A stretch of 64,000 nucleotides of DNA from a virus. Lineage: Duplodnaviria; Caudoviricetes. Position numbers and translations under genes: made by a program. This document shows positions 30,260-39,836 of this stretch, piece by piece (positions within the stretch are counted from its first letter, which is position 1; each line of letters begins with the position of its first letter). The notes beneath the pieces are model-generated. The model ran no database searches. It worked only from the letters and a program-made list of their open reading frames with translations, and was not told the DNA's origin. The DNA lies in IMG/VR virus record IMGVR_UViG_2724679183_000002, positions 32,001 through 96,000 of that record; one strand, written 5' to 3'.

Positions 30260-31003
30260 ATTTTTATTGACCCCCCCGGGTGATCGTGAGCTATAAAAGT
30301 GCTTATCGTAAATGAAGGTCGGAAAGGGTTATTTAGTTTATATAGCAATGTTTTAGAGTTGTCAAAGGGGATAATAGGTATTTTGTGATCGTAAAATGTA
30401 GGCAGGAGAAAGGGAAAGTGGTCGTTGAGTTAAAAATCCAATGAAAAAGGGGAGAATGAGGGGTAGAAAAACATTGATATTATAGGCTTTTACGATAGCG
30501 ATTACGATGCGAAAATAGGCTGAAAAATGAGGAAGGGAAAAATAAGTTGGGTGTGGAAATGGAAGTGCTAGGGGTACGATTGTTCCTGTTTTTTGGCCTT
30601 TAGATGTTAATATACCCCCATATACTGGTAATATAATGCATATATAATATCCGTTATACCTGCATTTGATGATTTCTGCCGTTAAACTGAGTCTCTACCA
30701 TGATTGCAAACGAAAAACAAGATTTATTTTTAAAAAATTAAATAAGAGCGTTTTTGAATATGAATGACCATTCATTAAAAATAATCGTGTGTATAACGAG
30801 AGGAAGCAAATCGAAGTCTTATTTTTTACCGCATCCTATATCATTCCCTAACCTTTTCACCATCACAACTCACCAACATCTCATCAGAAGCATTCTAATA
30901 CCTTTCTCAGCCTTCTTATCTCCAATCTAATCCCATAAGTCTGTTTAACTCTAAATCCTCATATACGCAATTATATGGGCAATACACTATCCACTAACAT
31001 GAT

Positions 31004-31025
31004 ATAAAAATAAAAAATAAGTATA
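31004..31025 (+). promoter_or_regulatory. SPBRE-like repeated operator (probable MrpR/YopR site) at the yonT promoter
   Basis: ATAAAAATAAAAAATAAGTATA, identical at 47498 and with one mismatch at 33266. Confidence 0.6.
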
Positions 31026-31090
31026 ATAATTGTATACATTTAGTTAGCGAAATGTTATAATAGATACATAGGGAAAGGAGGTGTACATAA

Positions 31091-31291
31091 GTGCTTGAGA
31101 AAGTGGGTATATCAATTGCTTTTCTTATTCCTATAACGGTTCTAATCATCAACTGTTTGATGATAGTTGAGAAATTCCAAAACATAAAGAAGAATAAGAA
31201 AAGCAAAAAGGCGAAAGAGATAGACAAAAAAATAAAGCGTATACGCAAGCGTCTCCGACCAAAGAGACAACGCAAACGTACACGCAAATAA
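31091..31291 (+). CDS. yonT: Type I toxin YonT-like
   Basis: MLEK.GI..AFLI..TVL.IN.L.IVEK TM helix plus basic tail KRIRKRLRPKRQR. Confidence 0.88.
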   Translation: MLEKVGISIAFLIPITVLIINCLMIVEKFQNIKKNKKSKKAKEIDKKIKRIRKRLRPKRQRKRTRK

Positions 31292-31327
31292 CATCTCTAA
31301 AGGGGATTAATTTCCCCTTTAGTTGCT
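31230..31327 (-). ncRNA. SR6-like antitoxin RNA (ends approximate)
   Basis: Minus-strand TG-n-TATAAT (31334-31342) and TTTACA -35. The transcript would overlap the yonT 3' end. Hairpin CTAAAGGGGA/TCCCCTTTAG. Known SPbeta arrangement. Confidence 0.6.
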
Positions 31328-31341
31328 ACCCATATTATAAC

Positions 31342-31560
31342 ATGATCAAGCACTTTGTAAACATGAAACGATTCTCATTGTGGTTTACGAACATTACATT
31401 TGTTATTTTATTCTTATTGTTCCTCTTCATCAAAGATTACTTCAGCAGCGGAATACAGTCGCTTATTACGATTGTCTTTATAGTAACATGTGTCATCATC
31501 GTTTTGTTATGGATCATTTACTTCGTTTTACGCGGAAAGAATGTAGACAAGTCCAACTAA
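31342..31560 (+). CDS. yoyJ: YoyJ-like membrane protein
   Basis: MKRFSLWFT.ITF..LF...IKDYFSS, two TM helices. Follows yonT. Confidence 0.75.
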   Translation: MIKHFVNMKRFSLWFTNITFVILFLLFLFIKDYFSSGIQSLITIVFIVTCVIIVLLWIIYFVLRGKNVDKSN

Positions 31561-31813
31561 CATCACACTATACGGTGCTTATTAGAGATGAGGGGGACAA
31601 ATAAATGGACTGCCACAAATGAACCTGGAGAAATTGCATCTATGTTGCCATTATAAAAAAGTGATCAACAGTGCAATAATGATGCATTTTCTAGGCTGGA
31701 AGGACACTTTAATGATCTTGAAGAGAGAACTAACAATTGAATTAAAGACATAAAAAGGAGCGGTAAATTGTTTATCGTTCCTTTTTTAAAAAGAAAATAT
31801 AAGGGGATAAAAA

Positions 31814-33046
31814 TTGAAAAAGATTAAAGTGATTGATTCCATTATGGGATCTGGTAAAACAACCTATATTATTAAAATGATGAATGAGGCACCAAAAGAT
31901 GAACACTTCATATTCATCACACCTTATCTTGACGAGGTAACAAGGATAAAACGGTCATGCACCAATAGAAAGTTTTATGAACCGAAAATACATAGTGAGG
32001 AGGGTGAAACGCTCTATAAACTGGACTCATTACACAAACATTTAGCGGATAACAATGATATTGTGACAACTCACGCTTTGTTCAGTATGGCTAATGAAAC
32101 AACAAAAGAATTGATTTATTCGGGGAATTATACGCTTGTACTTGATGAAACAATGGAAGTAGTAAAGAAATTAAATATATCTAAAGATGATTTGGATATG
32201 CTGTTTCAAAATGAATGGATTAAGAATCAAAACGGAATAATCATATGGAATGATGATCAAGAAAAGAATCTTAATAGGGAGTATAGAGGAGAATTCCAAA
32301 CGCTTAAACAGTTAGCCAAGAGTAATAATTTAATTCTGCACAATGATTCTGTACTTTTTTGGCAATTCCCAGCTGACATTTTTACTCAATTTAAGCAAGT
32401 ATACAACCTTACATATTTGTTTGATGCGCAGATACAGAAATATTATTATGATATTCATGGATTTGAATATGAACTTTATGCCGTAGTTAAAGACAATCAC
32501 AGCTACAAATTGATGCGGCACAAGAAGCAGTTTGATAAAGCAAAGAAGGATAAACTTAAGAATAAAATTAGAATATATGAAGGTGATTTAAATAAAATCG
32601 GTGATGACTATTACGCATTATCAAAAACGTGGTTTGAAAAACGGTCAGTGTTACATAAAAGACTAAAGAATAACATACTTAATTATTATCAAAACATCAT
32701 TAAATCAAAGTCTAAGGACAATCTATGGACAACGTTTAAATCACATAAGAGCAAGCTAAGTGGTAAAGGATATACAAAAGGGTTTTTAGCCTGTAACATC
32801 AAGGCAACAAACGAATACAGCCATAAGAAAACATTAGTTTATTCAATAAATAGGTTTGTCAATCCTGCAATTGACGATTACTTTAGATCAAAGGGAATTG
32901 ATATTAACGAAGATAATTTTGCACTTTCTGAAATGATTCAATGGATATGGAGATCAGCAATAAGAAATGGTCAAAATATCGACATTTATGTTCCTTCATC
33001 ACGAATGAGAAAGCTGTTAAAAGATTGGCTTGAAAACAAGATATAA
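31814..33046 (+). CDS. yonV: YonV, P-loop NTPase/SF2 helicase-like protein
   Basis: 410 aa. DSIMGSGKT, LVLDE, QWIWRSAIR. Confidence 0.8.
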   Translation: MKKIKVIDSIMGSGKTTYIIKMMNEAPKDEHFIFITPYLDEVTRIKRSCTNRKFYEPKIHSEEGETLYKLDSLHKHLADNNDIVTTHALFSMANETTKELIYSGNYTLVLDETMEVVKKLNISKDDLDMLFQNEWIKNQNGIIIWNDDQEKNLNREYRGEFQTLKQLAKSNNLILHNDSVLFWQFPADIFTQFKQVYNLTYLFDAQIQKYYYDIHGFEYELYAVVKDNHSYKLMRHKKQFDKAKKDKLKNKIRIYEGDLNKIGDDYYALSKTWFEKRSVLHKRLKNNILNYYQNIIKSKSKDNLWTTFKSHKSKLSGKGYTKGFLACNIKATNEYSHKKTLVYSINRFVNPAIDDYFRSKGIDINEDNFALSEMIQWIWRSAIRNGQNIDIYVPSSRMRKLLKDWLENKI

Positions 33047-33265
33047 ATAAGGCGTATGAAAAAAAAAGCAATAAATCGTTTTTGAAACCCTTGATACATA
33101 AGGGTTTGAAGGGGGTCTCTCGTAGAAGAAAAGAGGTAAATAATTTAATAAATAAAATAAGAGAATGGGGGTGCTGCTAATTGTTCAAAACGGTTCGTAC
33201 CTCACCTGAACAATTTTTGCTCACACCACCCCCAAACCCCCTCATGAGCAATCATATTTAATCAT

Positions 33266-33323
33266 ATAAAAATAAAAAATATGTATATAATTTGTTGAAT
33301 TATTAAAGTGATCAGTATATAAT
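33266..33323 (+). promoter_or_regulatory. SPBRE-like box plus sigA promoter
   Basis: Box at 33266-33287. TTGAAT(33295)-17-TATAAT(33318). Confidence 0.65.
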
Positions 33324-33371
33324 GTGATTATAAAATATAAAAAATATAAATTAAAGAGGAGAATACATAAC

Positions 33372-34226
33372 ATGAAGAATACCAATCTATATTTAATCAA
33401 GGAAAGTGAAAGAGAGCAGTACATGGATCGAATTGATGTCTTGAACAAAGTGAAAAAGTTAAAGATGCTAGGTGACAAAAAACATACTTCAATAAAATTC
33501 TTGTCAGAGTATTTCGGAATGAAAGTTCCTACATTAACTACATACATCCACAGAAATAATGAGGTTTTGGTTGAAGATGGACTAAAGAAACTAGAAGGAT
33601 TAGAGCTTGAAGGGTTTAAGCATAAATATAATATGCCTGGGAAGTTCATTAAGCTATATATCGTTCCTAAAAGAGCAGTCTTAAGATTGGCAATGATCCT
33701 TAAGAATTCAGATACAGCCATTAAGGTAAGAAAAGAACTCACAGACCAGGAGGAAGGTGATCAACAAGAAATTGTTCCAGCAGTTTTTCATGGAAGAAAA
33801 GAAGTTGTTGCGCCTCCTTCAAATACAAATGTGATTAAGGAAATGATGAAGTCGAACAATATGCAAATTCTACATGAAGTGAAGAATTTGTTAACACCGA
33901 TCTTTAATATGCAGCAATCTGTGCAAAACATGACAGAAACCTCAACAAAAGAAATCTTTGATCTTAAAAACGAAATTTTGTCTTTGAAACATGAAAAGAC
34001 CGGAACGAACAAACTGTTAGCTGATAAAGACGACAAGATCAATAAACTTAGCAACAAAGTAAAAAGCCAGAAGAAAAGAATAGACAAGCTTCAAGAGCTT
34101 ATAGCAAGTGAGTTGATTGATCATGATGAAGATGGTTCCAAATCAACAAAAGCGAAAAAAGAGGACAACCCTTTAAAAAACATAAAACTAAAAATGGATC
34201 GAAATGGTAATTTAGAAAGGATGTAA
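33372..34226 (+). CDS. Antirepressor-like DNA-binding protein with coiled coil
   Basis: N-terminal domain (REQYMDRIDVLNKVK...RAVLRLAMILKNSDTAIKVR) resembles phage antirepressor domains. Confidence 0.6.
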   Translation: MKNTNLYLIKESEREQYMDRIDVLNKVKKLKMLGDKKHTSIKFLSEYFGMKVPTLTTYIHRNNEVLVEDGLKKLEGLELEGFKHKYNMPGKFIKLYIVPKRAVLRLAMILKNSDTAIKVRKELTDQEEGDQQEIVPAVFHGRKEVVAPPSNTNVIKEMMKSNNMQILHEVKNLLTPIFNMQQSVQNMTETSTKEIFDLKNEILSLKHEKTGTNKLLADKDDKINKLSNKVKSQKKRIDKLQELIASELIDHDEDGSKSTKAKKEDNPLKNIKLKMDRNGNLERM

Positions 34227-34231
34227 AGACA

Positions 34232-35158
34232 ATGGCAAACGAATTATTAACAGAGTTCAAATATGATTTAGTCGATCAATCAACAGCTGATTTCCTTAAA
34301 CAAAAAGAATTTAACATGCGTGAGATTGTCGGTAAAGCTTATACCAAGCTAGGAAGGGAACTGAAGGAAGCCCAGGAGCATTTAGCAAGTCACAACAAAT
34401 ATCAAGGGGTTTTTGAAAAGTGGTTTAGATCTATCGGGTTAAAAAGGGATGCCGTTTGGCGATTAATTAACAGATATGATCTCATCGCAAATTGCGACAA
34501 CATCGAAAAAGGACTTCTTGAAGACCTGCCAGTATCTCTAACATATGAAATAGCTAAACCTTCATCAGAATCAACAGAGTCAAAGAAACAAGCTAAGAAA
34601 GCAGTCTTAAATGGAGAAGTCAAGACATTAAAGGAATACAAAGAGCTTGAAGCTAAATTGAGGAAAGCTGAAGAGGATAATAAGAATCTTAGTTATGAAT
34701 TAAGCCAAGAAAAGAAGAACAGGACAGTTGTTGAAAAAGTCATTGATAACACTGACTACAAACAAATAGATACATTAAAAAAAGAATTAGAGTATAAAAA
34801 CAAAAAATATGAAAACTTATCCAAACAAAAAATGATCTTAGAGCAACAACTTGAAAGGAGTGATGTGAAAGTAAAAGAATACGAGGAGCTGACTAACAAA
34901 TTAAAGGCTGTAACAAGAGAAAAGGATGATTTAGGGAGACAAGTTGAGGCTACTTCAGAGCTTTCTGAAATGGCTTGGGAGATTGAAAAAGTACTAAAAG
35001 ATAGCTTAGCGCCTGTAAAGTATGCAAAGGCCATTAGGGATATGAGTGACAATCAAATTATAATGAACAATCTTGATTCTGTAATCGGACATGTGGAATC
35101 ATGGTGCAAAGAAATGAGAAAAATTATGAATAAAAATAATATTATTGAGGTGGTTTAA
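34232..35158 (+). CDS. DUF3102-like / coiled-coil phage protein
   Basis: LGRELKEAQE...GVFEKWF..IGL motif and a long coiled coil. Confidence 0.6.
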   Translation: MANELLTEFKYDLVDQSTADFLKQKEFNMREIVGKAYTKLGRELKEAQEHLASHNKYQGVFEKWFRSIGLKRDAVWRLINRYDLIANCDNIEKGLLEDLPVSLTYEIAKPSSESTESKKQAKKAVLNGEVKTLKEYKELEAKLRKAEEDNKNLSYELSQEKKNRTVVEKVIDNTDYKQIDTLKKELEYKNKKYENLSKQKMILEQQLERSDVKVKEYEELTNKLKAVTREKDDLGRQVEATSELSEMAWEIEKVLKDSLAPVKYAKAIRDMSDNQIIMNNLDSVIGHVESWCKEMRKIMNKNNIIEVV

Positions 35159-35159
35159 T

Positions 35160-35762
35160 ATGGCGATTAATGAACTGGAATTGAACAAAATGTCAAACGG
35201 AGAAATTGATATGCTCATGGACAAGGTATTAAGTTTAAAAGTGAATAGATTAAGTGAAGATTTTATAAAAATGGCTGATAAACAAAAAGAGCTGGAGCTA
35301 CAAGTTGAGCAGTTGTCTTTAAAAGAAAGTGAAAATGCAGAAGAAATTTCAAAGATGGAAGGCAAATTTAAAGAATATGATGAAACATTCTTTACCTTCC
35401 AACATGATAAATCAGGAAAATTTATGGAGTTTAAAAATGCTGCTAAAAGTAGAGTGTTTGATTATGTAAAGCCAATTGGCAGTCCAGAGCACCTTTTATT
35501 TTATAGAGGGTTGTTGATGCAATGCTATGGAAAAGTATCTGAAGCTCTAAATGTACCTAATACTTCGAGTATTAACATTAACGACTTTGAAGCTGCTTTG
35601 AAAATTGTTAAAAGATGGACGCCGAGCAGAAAATATATTGACAAGAAAATTAACGAATACATAGCTATGCATGAAAATAATTCACTTCAACAAGAGAAAG
35701 TCAATGCTTTATTTACATATTTAGAAAAAACAGAAGAGGGAACAAAAGGGGGAATTATTTAG
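35160..35762 (+). CDS. ORF6C-domain-like protein
   Basis: KSRV...FYR...Y.....LNV....I...DFEAAL..V..W pattern. Confidence 0.6.
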   Translation: MAINELELNKMSNGEIDMLMDKVLSLKVNRLSEDFIKMADKQKELELQVEQLSLKESENAEEISKMEGKFKEYDETFFTFQHDKSGKFMEFKNAAKSRVFDYVKPIGSPEHLLFYRGLLMQCYGKVSEALNVPNTSSININDFEAALKIVKRWTPSRKYIDKKINEYIAMHENNSLQQEKVNALFTYLEKTEEGTKGGII

Positions 35763-35763
35763 A

Positions 35764-37560
35764 ATGACTTTAAAGTTTAACAAACAACAATTAGAAGCGA
35801 TTAATTTTTATAAAGGAGCTTGCGCAGTCATTGCAGGGGCAGGGAGCGGTAAAAGCACCGTTCTCCTTAACCGTGTTAAAACATTGGTGAGGGATTACGG
35901 TGAAGATCAAGAGGATATTTTAGCTATCAGTTTTACGCGTAATACTGCAAATGAGCTTAAGAAGAAATTACATAAGCAGAAATTAACTAGTGTGAATGTA
36001 GGTACATTTCATTCAGTATGCCGCAACATTCTTCTCAAAGAGGGAATTGAAATTAACGAGAAAAATACGATTAAAGAATGGCAGCGAGAAAACTGTTTTA
36101 AATCACTTGAAGAGAAACCAGACATTAAAGACATTACGAGTTTCATCAGCTACCAAAAGAACTTTTTAAGGGGGTACACAGACGAGTTTTTAATTAAAGA
36201 GAGTAAATATACTGAGGAGCAATTACGTCTCTTCTATAAGGAGTATGAGGCTTTTAAATCCAAAAACGGACTGTACGATTATGATGATTATTTATTGGAG
36301 TGTTACAAGGTGCTAAAAAACAATAAACATAAGTATACGTATGAATTTATTCTTGTAGACGAGCATCAAGATTCTAACTTAGTACAAAATCTCATTTTAA
36401 AAGAACTTTGCGCCTCTGGGAATATATTCTGCTTATTCGATTATAGACAAGCTATTTACACATTTAGAGGCGGTAATACTGAGTATTGTATGGAGTTTGA
36501 AAAGGATTGGGAAAACGCCACTGTTATTAACCTAGATACAAATTATAGATCAAATAAAAACATAGTTGATAACGCAAACAGTTTTATCAAGGAATACTAC
36601 GGTGACTATGAACATTACGCAGACTCCATCCCTAATATTCATAACAATGGCGAAATTCAGATACTAACGTATCAGGACAGAGAAGCAGAAGGTCTGAATA
36701 CAGCTGATAAAATTGAAACATTGCTTAAAGCCGGTGAAAAACCATCAGAAATTTGTGTCCTTTATAGATTAAACTCTCATTCTAGCTATGTTGAGAATGA
36801 ACTAAAAAGGCGTGAAATTGAATATGATATTACTAACAATGGGAGCTTTTTCAAGAGAAAAGAGGTAAAAGGAATTGTAGCTTATTTAAGATTAATTCGT
36901 GATCCACATGATGATGCAGCCTTTCGAGATATTTTCACACTAAGGAATGATCCATTTCGTTATTTTAGTAATAAGAATTTAAAAGATGTTGAGTCATTTG
37001 CCGGACAAACAAATATGTCCCTATATGAGGCCATGTTAAATTTGAGATTTGATCGTCCGACTCAAAACGATAATGTCTTGAAATTCCAAAGTATGATTAA
37101 TAAACTCCAAATGCAAGTGCTTAAAGGGATTGCCGTAGAAGAATTGATCGACAATGTAGTTAAAACTTTCAGAATGAATGATTACATAGAAGAGAAATAC
37201 CTCGATGAAGATGAGATAACTGACAGAAAAGAATCTCTCAATACCATGAAGAAATTTGTTAAGAATAATAACTTAGAGCAGTTCATTAATTTTGTATACG
37301 GCAGCAAGCCAAGTAAAAAGAAAAATGAAAATGCCGTACGATTAATGAGTATTCACGCAAGCAAGGGTCTAGAATTTAAACATGTGTTCTTAATTGGGAT
37401 TGAAGATGGTAAGTTTCCTCATAGAAAAAGCGATCTTTTAGACGAAGCAAGATTATTTTATGTCGGTGTAACAAGACCTAAGGAGAGCCTGTATCTTAGT
37501 CAAATTGGTCACTGTAATATGTTTTTTGATGAGTATAGGCAACAGGAGCTTGTTTGTTAA
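35764..37560 (+). CDS. UvrD/PcrA-family SF1 helicase
   Basis: AGAGSGKS, GTFHS, VDEHQD, QAIYTFRG, NYRS, SIHASKGLEF, EARLFYVGVTR. Confidence 0.95.
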   Translation: MTLKFNKQQLEAINFYKGACAVIAGAGSGKSTVLLNRVKTLVRDYGEDQEDILAISFTRNTANELKKKLHKQKLTSVNVGTFHSVCRNILLKEGIEINEKNTIKEWQRENCFKSLEEKPDIKDITSFISYQKNFLRGYTDEFLIKESKYTEEQLRLFYKEYEAFKSKNGLYDYDDYLLECYKVLKNNKHKYTYEFILVDEHQDSNLVQNLILKELCASGNIFCLFDYRQAIYTFRGGNTEYCMEFEKDWENATVINLDTNYRSNKNIVDNANSFIKEYYGDYEHYADSIPNIHNNGEIQILTYQDREAEGLNTADKIETLLKAGEKPSEICVLYRLNSHSSYVENELKRREIEYDITNNGSFFKRKEVKGIVAYLRLIRDPHDDAAFRDIFTLRNDPFRYFSNKNLKDVESFAGQTNMSLYEAMLNLRFDRPTQNDNVLKFQSMINKLQMQVLKGIAVEELIDNVVKTFRMNDYIEEKYLDEDEITDRKESLNTMKKFVKNNNLEQFINFVYGSKPSKKKNENAVRLMSIHASKGLEFKHVFLIGIEDGKFPHRKSDLLDEARLFYVGVTRPKESLYLSQIGHCNMFFDEYRQQELVC

Positions 37561-37612
37561 TAATCTAAGTGAAATGCATATTTTATCAAGCTTAAAAATG
37601 GGGGCAAGGAAA

Positions 37613-37870
37613 ATGAATAATAAAGAAACATTTCTAAAGATCGTTGATATTGCAAAAAGAGCAGAAGAAAAGAATTTACTAATGTTCGACAGAATGTCCT
37701 TAATTATGGATTTAAAATGTGTAAATGAAGAATTTAATCTAAGGCTCGAAGACCTATTGAACGCAGATGACTTCAATTTTTCTCATGATATACTCGGTAT
37801 TCAAAATAACCTCAATCGAGAAGAAAGAAAAATGGAAAATCTATTTGTGCCACGTTTTGCAACTTATTGA
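37613..37870 (+). CDS. Conserved phage protein (DUF6874-like)
   Basis: MDL.....LRLEDLLNADDFNFSHDILGI...FVPRFA. Confidence 0.65.
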   Translation: MNNKETFLKIVDIAKRAEEKNLLMFDRMSLIMDLKCVNEEFNLRLEDLLNADDFNFSHDILGIQNNLNREERKMENLFVPRFATY

Positions 37871-37973
37871 TAACCTTGAAACAGTTCTTGGTGGGTTTGC
37901 TACTGCAAAAAGCCTAAACGATTTGTTGAGTTTGAACGGAAAAACAACTCTTAAACAGAATGGAGAGAATGAA

Positions 37974-38144
37974 ATGAAAGCATCAAAGTTAGGAATGTAT
38001 CCATTTACGCTTTTTGCTTACTTACTAGATGATAAAGGTAGAGTGATAGAAGAGGTTGAATGGGGAGAATTTAATGATTTAAATGAAGCACATAGAGAAA
38101 TAAAGGAATATCAAAATGAAAAATTAAAATTTCAAATTGCATAA
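37974..38144 (+). CDS. Hypothetical protein
   Basis: 56 aa with GGAGAG RBS. Confidence 0.45.
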   Translation: MKASKLGMYPFTLFAYLLDDKGRVIEEVEWGEFNDLNEAHREIKEYQNEKLKFQIA

Positions 38145-38177
38145 CAACAAATATACACAGAACGGCGGCGGAAATAA

Positions 38178-38429
38178 ATGAAAAGATATACAGGTAAAAC
38201 AATGTTGGCTATGGTCTTCGGTTGGGATAATAGCGACATGGCAGAGTGTCAATATAAATCGGGTAGAACTGATAGGCCAGTATTCGTAATAAATGAAGAT
38301 TATTACTGTGCTGTTAAGATAGGACAGAAACCTGCAAAGAATTATGAAGGCATTGAATGGGATTGGGGGAAAGTGGAATCTTCCTTTGCAGAGTCGAATG
38401 GTTGGCAAGTTTGGAAAGCAAAAGGTTAA
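38178..38429 (+). CDS. Hypothetical protein
   Basis: 83 aa ORF in a co-oriented array. Confidence 0.55.
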   Translation: MKRYTGKTMLAMVFGWDNSDMAECQYKSGRTDRPVFVINEDYYCAVKIGQKPAKNYEGIEWDWGKVESSFAESNGWQVWKAKG

Positions 38430-38453
38430 AAGATTTTATAGAAAGGAAGATTA

Positions 38454-38654
38454 TTGATGGGGAAAAATAAACTATTTAGTGAGGAAACCGTAACTGTTGA
38501 CAATTGCCAATGCGTATATTGTGGTCATGTATTCAATGGTCGTAACGCTTGCAACGCTAATATGGACGTGCATACTGTTACGTGTCCAGAATGCAAAAAG
38601 GATATGGATGTTTATCTATCTATAGAGTATATATGTAGACCGTCAGAGGATTAA
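38454..38654 (+). CDS. Zinc-ribbon small protein
   Basis: CVYC...CPEC. Confidence 0.6.
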   Translation: MMGKNKLFSEETVTVDNCQCVYCGHVFNGRNACNANMDVHTVTCPECKKDMDVYLSIEYICRPSED

Positions 38655-38738
38655 AAACCTAGTTCGTATATTTAAGATAAAACAACAATTTCAATTGAAT
38701 ATGATCAGATTATACTATGAAAAGGTGAGGAATTAAAC

Positions 38739-38984
38739 ATGACAAACATGAGAAATGATCAAATGAGAGAGAAAATTCGATATATGCTTCATGCTAAATA
38801 TGAAGATGGGGGAATACTTGAGTTTAACGAATTTGATAATTTGTTACATGATTTGTTGATTTCTGACTTGTTGGATTTGTTCCCAAAGAAGGCTCTTAAA
38901 GTACTCCTAGACTCTATTGAAGATATACACGAATCTATGGACTCTGGCTCTAGCATTGTTAGAAGATTTAACGATAAATATTGA
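38739..38984 (+). CDS. Hypothetical protein
   Basis: 81 aa with GAGG RBS. Confidence 0.55.
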   Translation: MTNMRNDQMREKIRYMLHAKYEDGGILEFNEFDNLLHDLLISDLLDLFPKKALKVLLDSIEDIHESMDSGSSIVRRFNDKY

Positions 38985-39023
38985 TATGAGTTCAAATAAA
39001 ACAGCGATTTTAAGGAGTGTTGA

Positions 39024-39323
39024 TTGGTGTATACAGTTGGATTATCGTACGATGTTCAAACAGAATTGATTTATTTAAAAAATTGGAACAGAGAAATTAA
39101 AGAAGCATTAGAAACAATTACTCTTTATGGTGATGAAAGTGTAGAGTTTGTTTTTAAAGGAAAACCGGTTGAAACTTTGTACGAATTTTCAAGTCTTAAA
39201 GATAAGCTTGATGACTTTGAAAAGAATGATTTGTTTAGCACTTACTTCTCGGAAGACCAAAAGGAATATGTTGAAAAGCTTTTCAAGCTTTTGAAAGAAA
39301 ATTTAATTGATGAAGAAATCTAA
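39024..39323 (+). CDS. Hypothetical protein
   Basis: 99 aa with AAGGAG RBS. Confidence 0.55.
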   Translation: MVYTVGLSYDVQTELIYLKNWNREIKEALETITLYGDESVEFVFKGKPVETLYEFSSLKDKLDDFEKNDLFSTYFSEDQKEYVEKLFKLLKENLIDEEI

Positions 39324-39331
39324 ATAAAAAC

Positions 39332-39574
39332 ATGTCTTATAAAGTAATCTGGGGAGTGGTTAAGCAATTGAATACCATGGAAGATCAAATACACGACTGT
39401 TTCGTAGATGCTTATAGAAGAGTGCCAAATAAATCTGAAATACAAACTATTGCTAAGATTTTGCCTGTAGGAATTAAATCTCTTGCTGAAGAGTGGGGTT
39501 GGGATGATACAGAGGTGAGAGATGGTTTGTTTGGTTACATAAAGAAATTGAAAGCTGAGGAGGTTATAAAGTGA
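39332..39574 (+). CDS. Hypothetical protein (start uncertain)
   Basis: 80 aa ORF, coupled to the next gene. Confidence 0.5.
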   Translation: MSYKVIWGVVKQLNTMEDQIHDCFVDAYRRVPNKSEIQTIAKILPVGIKSLAEEWGWDDTEVRDGLFGYIKKLKAEEVIK

Positions 39575-39789
39575 ACACAAAAGAACTTAGGGATTTTATG
39601 ATTGATGTTAGTGAAAATGGAATAGGGGAATTGGCCAAAAGTGCTGCGGAAAATGTTTTTAGAAGAGTAGACAAAACGAGTGAAGACGATTTAGTTATCA
39701 CAAGTGCAATAGCTAAGAAAGCGTTTGTTGATGCTTTTGATATCGAGTATGAAAGACTTTTTATAATGACCGATGCAGACAATAACTGA
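39571..39789 (+). CDS. Hypothetical protein
   Basis: 72 aa with GAGGAGG RBS. Confidence 0.55.
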   Translation: MNTKELRDFMIDVSENGIGELAKSAAENVFRRVDKTSEDDLVITSAIAKKAFVDAFDIEYERLFIMTDADNN

Positions 39790-39836
39790 GATAAGCTTTT
39801 GATAAACAAAGTGATTTACTTAAAATAAGATGGTAA

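Noticed and set aside
31590-31750. yonU gene
   Set aside because: The RBS-ATG is followed by a stop after 5 codons. At most a remnant, with too little support to call.
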